From the NCBI GenBank assembly GCA_900234795.1, contig LT962688.1, positions 5,580,001-5,612,000 on the forward strand: a stretch of 32,000 nucleotides of DNA. Reading direction: 5' to 3'. This DNA is from Methylorubrum extorquens (lineage in GTDB: Bacteria > Pseudomonadota > Alphaproteobacteria > Rhizobiales > Beijerinckiaceae). The notes under the pieces were generated by a model. The model saw only the letters and a list, made by a program, of their open reading frames with translations, had not been told where the DNA came from and did not search any database. Position numbers and translations under genes: made by a program. This document shows, piece after piece, positions 27,152 to 32,000 of this stretch; positions within the stretch are counted from its first letter, which is position 1, and every line of letters begins with the position of its first letter.

Positions 27152-27748
27152 TCAGATCGCGACGGTCTCGCGGTAGGCCGTCTTCCAGCCCCAGGCGCCC
27201 GAGCCGTAGCCGCGCTTGATCACCCGCTGCTTGTAGATCTCGGCGATCATCTCGCCGTCGCCCGCGAGCAGCGCCTTGGTCGAGCACATCTCGGCGCAGA
27301 GCGGCAGCTTGCCTTCCGCGAGGCGGTTCGAGCCGTACTTCTCGTACTCGGCGGTCGAGAAGTCGGGCTCGGGGCCGCCCGAGCAGTAGGTGCACTTGTC
27401 CATCTTGCCGCGCGAACCGAAGTTCCCGACCCGCGGATACTGCGGCGCGCCAAAGGGGCAGGCGTAGAAGCAGTAGCCGCAGCCGATGCAGATGTCTTTG
27501 GAGTGCAGCACCACGGCATCGGCCGTGGTGTAGAAGCAGTTCACGGGGCAGACCGCCGCGCAGGGCGCGTCGGTGCAGTGCATGCAGGCCATCGAGACCG
27601 AGCGCTCGCCGGGCTTGCCGTCATTGAGGGTGACGACGCGGCGGCGATTGATGCCCCAGGGCACCTCGTGCTCGTTCTTGCAGGCCGTGACGCAGGCGTT
27701 GCACTCGATGCAGCGATCCGCGTCGCAGAGGAACTTCATCCGGGCCAT
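27152..27748 (-). CDS. fdnH: Formate dehydrogenase beta subunit (4Fe-4S ferredoxin-type)
   Basis: ATG 27748 (GAGGAG Shine-Dalgarno) within ORF 27152..27922 shows multiple CxxCxxCxxxCP clusters (CIECNACVTAC, CMHCTDAPCAAVCP, CIGCGYCFYACP). There is no C-terminal TM helix. Confidence 0.92.
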   Translation of the reverse strand: MARMKFLCDADRCIECNACVTACKNEHEVPWGINRRRVVTLNDGKPGERSVSMACMHCTDAPCAAVCPVNCFYTTADAVVLHSKDICIGCGYCFYACPFGAPQYPRVGNFGSRGKMDKCTYCSGGPEPDFSTAEYEKYGSNRLAEGKLPLCAEMCSTKALLAGDGEMIAEIYKQRVIKRGYGSGAWGWKTAYRETVAI

Positions 27749-27765
27749 GGTTCGGGGTGCTCCTC

Positions 27766-30708
27766 TTACGCCGCTGCGATCTGGCACAGGGTGCACTTCG
27801 TTTCCTGCATGCCCGTCACAGGATCGAAGCCGTAGGTCGTCACGGTGTTCACGCTCTCGCCGAGCACCACCGGGTCGGTGCCCTTCGGGTAGAAGTCGCG
27901 CATGTCCTTGCCCTGGTACCAACCGGAGAAGTGGAAGGGCATGAACGCCACGCCCTTGCCGACGCGGTCGGTCACCAGCGCCTTGACCTTCGTCTTGGCG
28001 CCGTTCTCAGGGCCCGACACCCAGACCCACTGACCGTCCTTGATGCCGCGCGCGGCGGCATCGCCGGTGTTGATCTCGACGAACATGTCCTGCTGCAGCT
28101 CGGCGAGCCACGGGTTCGAACGGGTCTCCTCGCCGCCGCCCTCGTATTCCACGAGGCGACCGGAGGTGAGGATGATCGGGAAGTCCTTGGCGACGCCGCG
28201 ATCGACCACCGACTTCTGCACCGAGAAGCCGATATTCGGCATGCGCAGCTGCCGCTCGTCGGGGCGGGTCGGGTACTTCGCCACGAGTTCGGGACGGGGC
28301 GAGTAGACCGGCTCGCGGTGGACCGGCACCGGGTCGGGCAGGTTCCAGGCATTGGCCCGGGCCTTGCCGTTGCCGAAGGGCGAGACGCCGTGATCGAGGC
28401 AGACGCGCTGGATGCCGCCCGAGAGGTCGGTGGCCCAGCTCACGGTGTCGGGCTTCTCGCCGCCGATCTTGAGGATCGTGGCGAGTTCGTCCGGCGTCAG
28501 GTCCTTGTCCCAGCCGAGCTTTTTGAACACCCCGAAGGTGAATTCGGGGTAGCCGTCGGTCAGGTCCGAGCCCTTCGAGAACGAATTCTCGGCAAGCAGG
28601 GTCTGGCCGTTGCGTTCTGTGCCGAACCGCGCGCGGAAGCCGCCGCCGCCGTCCTTCACGTGCAGGCTGGTGTTGTACAGGATCGCCGAGCCGGGATGGC
28701 GCAGCTCCGGCTTGCCCCAGCACGGCCAGGGCAGGCCGTAATAGTCGCCGCCGACCTCCGGATCGTCCTTCGGCGCGCGCAAAGTCACGAGGTCGAACTT
28801 GTGCTGGTTGCGCATATGCGCCTTCAGCCGCTCCGGCGACTGGCCGCAATAGCCGGTCGACCAGCCGCCGCGGTTGATCTCCCGCAGGATGTCTTCCGCT
28901 TCGGGGGCGCCGTCGACGATCTTGATGTTCTTGCAGAGCTTGTCGGCAAAACCGAGCTTCTGCGCGAGGCGGTAGAGGACTTCGTAGTCGCTCTTCGATT
29001 CGAAGGCCGGCTTCACGATCTGCTCGCCCCACTGGATCGAGCGGTTCGAGGCCGTGCGCGAGCCGTCCATCTCCAGCGAGGTGCAGATCGGCAGAAGGTA
29101 GGTGTTGTCCTGCCGGGCATCGAGCGCCGCGAAGGTGGTCGGGTGCGGGTCGGCGACGACCAGCAGCTCGAGCTTGTTCATGCCGTCGATGGCTTCGGGC
29201 ATGCGGGTCACGGTGTTGCCGCCGTGGCCGAACACCATGAACGCCTTGATCGGGCTGCGCTGGTCGATCTGCTCCGGCGGCAGGTTCACGGCATCGAACC
29301 ACCGGGTCGAGGTGATGCCGGGCGCCTCCATGTTCTCCTTACGGGTGCGCGCCTTGCGGCCGCCCTTCGCCGGAACCTCATCGAAGCGCGATTGCAGCCA
29401 ATCGTACTCCACGTCCCAGACGCGGGCCCAATGGCGCCAGCCGCCCTCGACGAGGCCGTAATAGAGCGGCAGCGACGTCACATCGAGGCCGAGATCGGTC
29501 GCGCCCTGCACGTTGGTGTGGCCGCGGAAGATGTTGGCGCCCGTGCCCGGCTTGCCGACATTGCCGGTGGCCAGGCATAGGATGCAGAGCGCGCGCACGT
29601 TGGCGGTGCCGACCGTGTGCTGGGTCGCGCCCATGCACCAGATCAGCGTCGCCGGCTTTTCCTTGGCGAACTTCTCCGCCACGCGCTTGAGCTGCTCGCC
29701 CGGCACGCCGGAGACGCGCTCAACTTCGTCTGGCGTCCACTTGGCGACTTCCTTGCGCACGTCGTCCATCGCGTAGACGCGCTGGGCGATGAACTCCTTG
29801 TCCTCCCAGCCATTCTGGAAGATGTGCCAGAGGATGCCCCAGACCACCGGAATGTCGGTGCCGGAGCGGATGCGCACGTATTCGGTGGCGTGCGCCGCGG
29901 TGCGGGTGAAGCGCGGATCGATGACGATCATGTTCGCGCGGTTGATCTCCTTGCCCGACAGCACGTGCTGCATGGAGATCGGGTGCGCCTCGGCCGGGTT
30001 GCCGCCGAGGATGATCATCGTCTTGGCGTTGCGGATATCGTTGTAGGAGTTCGTCTGGGCGCCGTAGCCCCAGGTGTTGGCCACGCCCGCCACCGTGGTC
30101 GAGTGGCAGATGCGCGCCTGATGGTCGATCGAGTTCGTGCCCCACAGGGCCGCGAACTTGCGCATCAGGTAGGAGGCCTCGTTGGTGAACTTGGCCGAAC
30201 CCAGCCAGTAGACCGAGTCGGCGCCGTTCTTCTCGCGGATCTGGACCAGCTTGTCGCCGATCTCCTCGTAGGCCTGATCCCACGAGATTCGCTTCCACTG
30301 CCCGCCTTCGAGCTTCATCGGGTACTTGAGGCGGCGGTCGGACGAGACGAGCTCGCGGATCGCCGCGCCCTTGGCGCAGTGCGTGCCGCGGTTGATCGGG
30401 CTGGCATAGGACGGCTCCTGGCCGACCCAGACGCCGTTCACGACTTCGGCCGTCACCGTGCAACCCACCGAGCAGTGGGTGCAGACGTTCTTCTTGATGA
30501 CCGTGTCCGGTCCGACGGCGGAGGAGCCGGCGGCCTGCGCCTTGCGCACCGAGCCGAGCTGGATCGTGCCGGCCGCGGCGAGCGCGCCGGCGGTCAGCCC
30601 GGACTTGCGGAGGAAGGCGCGGCGGTCGAGCACGCCCGCGGCGAGGCCGGCGGCGACGGCCTGGTGCTTGGTGCGAGCAGCGTCGCCGCTCTTGCGCTTG
30701 ATCAGCAT
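27766..30708 (-). CDS. fdnG: Formate dehydrogenase alpha subunit, molybdopterin-containing, Tat-exported, Cys-type (FDH-N/fdh3A-like)
   Basis: ORF 27766..30708 has the twin-arginine signal LDRRAFLRKSG, the N-terminal FeS motif CTHCSVGCT and HQARICHSTTV. TGC (Cys201, 30106-30108) sits where E. coli FdnG has selenocysteine. Confidence 0.95.
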   Translation of the reverse strand: MLIKRKSGDAARTKHQAVAAGLAAGVLDRRAFLRKSGLTAGALAAAGTIQLGSVRKAQAAGSSAVGPDTVIKKNVCTHCSVGCTVTAEVVNGVWVGQEPSYASPINRGTHCAKGAAIRELVSSDRRLKYPMKLEGGQWKRISWDQAYEEIGDKLVQIREKNGADSVYWLGSAKFTNEASYLMRKFAALWGTNSIDHQARICHSTTVAGVANTWGYGAQTNSYNDIRNAKTMIILGGNPAEAHPISMQHVLSGKEINRANMIVIDPRFTRTAAHATEYVRIRSGTDIPVVWGILWHIFQNGWEDKEFIAQRVYAMDDVRKEVAKWTPDEVERVSGVPGEQLKRVAEKFAKEKPATLIWCMGATQHTVGTANVRALCILCLATGNVGKPGTGANIFRGHTNVQGATDLGLDVTSLPLYYGLVEGGWRHWARVWDVEYDWLQSRFDEVPAKGGRKARTRKENMEAPGITSTRWFDAVNLPPEQIDQRSPIKAFMVFGHGGNTVTRMPEAIDGMNKLELLVVADPHPTTFAALDARQDNTYLLPICTSLEMDGSRTASNRSIQWGEQIVKPAFESKSDYEVLYRLAQKLGFADKLCKNIKIVDGAPEAEDILREINRGGWSTGYCGQSPERLKAHMRNQHKFDLVTLRAPKDDPEVGGDYYGLPWPCWGKPELRHPGSAILYNTSLHVKDGGGGFRARFGTERNGQTLLAENSFSKGSDLTDGYPEFTFGVFKKLGWDKDLTPDELATILKIGGEKPDTVSWATDLSGGIQRVCLDHGVSPFGNGKARANAWNLPDPVPVHREPVYSPRPELVAKYPTRPDERQLRMPNIGFSVQKSVVDRGVAKDFPIILTSGRLVEYEGGGEETRSNPWLAELQQDMFVEINTGDAAARGIKDGQWVWVSGPENGAKTKVKALVTDRVGKGVAFMPFHFSGWYQGKDMRDFYPKGTDPVVLGESVNTVTTYGFDPVTGMQETKCTLCQIAAA

Positions 30709-30715
30709 GGCAGCC

Positions 30716-30961
30716 TCACTTCGGACCGGTGGAAGCCGGATCAGTGTTCTTCTTCAGCGTCTCGTAGCCGTTGGTCCGGTAGAACGCCTTCACGTGGTCG
30801 CTCTCCCGGTAACGGGCCTTGGTCTCGTCGTTGCCCGGATCGTAGGCCTGGGCCTCGGTCGCCCCCATCGGCGAAGCGACGGCGGCCGCGGCGGCCACCG
30901 TGCTGCCGCCGAGCGCCCGAAAGAACTGGCGACGACCGAGCGTCTTCGGATCCTGTCGCAT
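30716..30961 (-). CDS. Formate-dehydrogenase-region TAT target small protein (TIGR02811-type)
   Basis: ATG 30961 (GGAGGAG Shine-Dalgarno) within ORF 30716..31000 gives the twin-arginine signal GRRQFFRALGG. The C-terminal YRESDHVKAFY fits the family motif Y-[HRK]-x-[TS]-x-H-[IV]-x-x-[YF]-Y as I recall it. It ends 7 nt upstream of the alpha subunit. Confidence 0.85.
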   Translation of the reverse strand: MRQDPKTLGRRQFFRALGGSTVAAAAAVASPMGATEAQAYDPGNDETKARYRESDHVKAFYRTNGYETLKKNTDPASTGPK

Positions 30962-31037
30962 CACCCTCGTCTCCTCCGGCGGCTGCCTGCTCTGGGGCAA
31001 CGCGCCTCGATTTCATTTGTCACGACGGAGCAGCCCT

Positions 31038-31673
31038 TCAGCCTTCCATGGCGAAAGCTTCCGCCTCGATCTCGATAAAGGCGCGGCCGAGCCCCCCGAC
31101 CGCGCGGTAGAACCGGCCCGCCTTCGCCTTTTCCAGGTCCGCGAAGAAACGGTCCGCCCAGGGTTCGATGTGCCGGGCGAAGAAGTGCGCCTGCATGCCG
31201 GGCTCCGCCTCGAACCGCCCCGCCGCGAGCCCGGCCATCACCTCCAGAAGGATCGCGAGATGATCCTCCGGCTCGCTCATCGACTCGTCCCGCTCGATCC
31301 CGAGCGCGGCGAAGTCTTCGCGCACGCGGGCGAGCGGACGCTCGTTGAGGAAGCCGGTGAGGTAGTAGGAGGCGTAAGGCAGAAGCTCGCCGCGACCGAC
31401 GCCGATGAACAGCGCGAAGAACTCGCGCTCGACGGACTCCGTATCGGTCTCGGCGGCCGCACGGCGCAGGGCCGCGACCTGTCGGCCCAGAACCCCGTCG
31501 CCCTCCTTCACGGCGGCGAGCGCCGCGAGCAGCGACGAACCCGGTGCCCGGCCGAGCAGCGCGGCCAAGAGATCGTATTGCTGCGCGCGCAGGAGGTCGA
31601 TCTCGTCCGGAACGCCGACGACTCCAGACACCTCATCTCCCGGAAGTGCCATCACCGACGCGACCGAACTCAT
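31038..31673 (-). CDS. TorD/DmsD-family redox-enzyme maturation chaperone
   Basis: ORF 31038..31673 has ...REFFALFIGVGRGELLPYASYY..., ...EPEDHLAILLEVMAGL... and ...FFARHIEPWADRFF..., typical TorD-like chaperone blocks. It is the first gene of the FDH operon. Confidence 0.85.
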   Translation of the reverse strand: MSSVASVMALPGDEVSGVVGVPDEIDLLRAQQYDLLAALLGRAPGSSLLAALAAVKEGDGVLGRQVAALRRAAAETDTESVEREFFALFIGVGRGELLPYASYYLTGFLNERPLARVREDFAALGIERDESMSEPEDHLAILLEVMAGLAAGRFEAEPGMQAHFFARHIEPWADRFFADLEKAKAGRFYRAVGGLGRAFIEIEAEAFAMEG

Positions 31674-31715
31674 CGTTTCCCTCGGGCCCGCCTGGAGGAC
31701 CGCTTGTTTGGATCG

Positions 31716-31744
31716 ATAATAAAAAGCGTTTGGCTTTGCCGCAA
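31716..31744 (-). promoter_or_regulatory. Candidate sigma70-type promoter of the FDH operon (TTGCGG-N17-TATTAT)
   Basis: The minus strand reads TTGCGG (31744-31739), a 17-nt spacer, then TATTAT (31721-31716). This sits in a locally AT-rich stretch about 43 nt upstream of ATG 31673. Confidence 0.4.
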
Positions 31745-31760
31745 TCGAAATGCGCGTGAA

Positions 31761-31999
31761 TTACGAGGGCATCGCCCCACCATGGCGCCGCAGGCGAGGC
31801 CGGGGGAGGGTGGATTGTACGACCTCAGGGGACTCGACGGCGGCAACCGCGACCGGAGCGTGCAGGTCCGGCATCGGAAGCGGAACGCCGTCGGTTTCAG
31901 GGGCGGTCTCGGGTTCCAGGGGCGCTGCGTCGGCGATCTGCGGAGCTTCCTCCGACGCCGCCGTGGGAGCGTCCTGCGGCTCGGTATCCGGTTCCTCCT
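31761..31999 (-). CDS. Possible 3' end of an acidic, Pro-rich protein running off the window (partial)
   Basis: My own translation of the minus strand is open to the window edge: ...EEEPDTEPQDAPTAASEEAPQIADAAPLEPETAPETDGVPLPMPDLHAPVAVAAVESPEVVQSTLPRPRLRRHGGAMPS*. The stop is TAA at 31763-31761. No family is recognised. Confidence 0.3.
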   Translation of the reverse strand, partial: EEPDTEPQDAPTAASEEAPQIADAAPLEPETAPETDGVPLPMPDLHAPVAVAAVESPEVVQSTLPRPRLRRHGGAMPS

Positions 32000-32000
32000 C

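Noticed and set aside
27766-30708. Selenocysteine (in-frame TGA plus SECIS) in the FDH alpha subunit.
   Set aside because: The ORF is uninterrupted and the Sec-equivalent codon is TGC (Cys), so no recoding is needed.
1-31999. Mobile genetic elements (IS transposases, integrases, phage genes), rRNA/tRNA genes and defence systems beyond the toxin-antitoxin pair.
   Set aside because: None of the ORF translations show transposase, integrase, Cas, restriction-modification or phage signatures that I can recognise.

Overview
This is a very GC-rich alphaproteobacterial chromosomal segment. The FtfL protein and the fdh3-type formate dehydrogenase operon look Methylobacterium/Methylorubrum-like to me; that is recognition from memory, not a search. 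The content is mostly housekeeping and C1-metabolism genes. Left to right: a CopZ-like metallochaperone; formate-tetrahydrofolate ligase (ftfL); a frame-disrupted M3 peptidyl-dipeptidase (dcp); an extensin-like protein and an L,D-transpeptidase; an osmoprotectant-type ABC importer (binding protein plus two permeases, no ATPase gene); an orphan receiver-domain response regulator; yraN and rsmI, divergent from an LpoA-like lipoprotein; a ParE-type toxin-antitoxin pair; hemW, a 116-bp nested palindrome, rdgB and rph; an unannotated small gene for a secreted His/Arg-rich peptide; hrcA; a relic of an EamA transporter; an operon of small membrane protein, TetR, RND adaptor and RND pump with a clear double-operator promoter; a YgjV-family membrane protein; two orphan exported proteins; and a periplasmic Cys-type formate dehydrogenase operon (TorD-like chaperone, small TAT-target protein, alpha, beta, gamma). 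I found no rRNA, tRNA, CRISPR array, transposase or integrase. The main oddity is six frame disruptions that are all fixed by removing one base, five of them in G/C runs. This could be homopolymer sequencing error or real gene decay, and the sequence alone cannot tell them apart. All family calls rest on motifs I recognise in the translations; no database search was possible.
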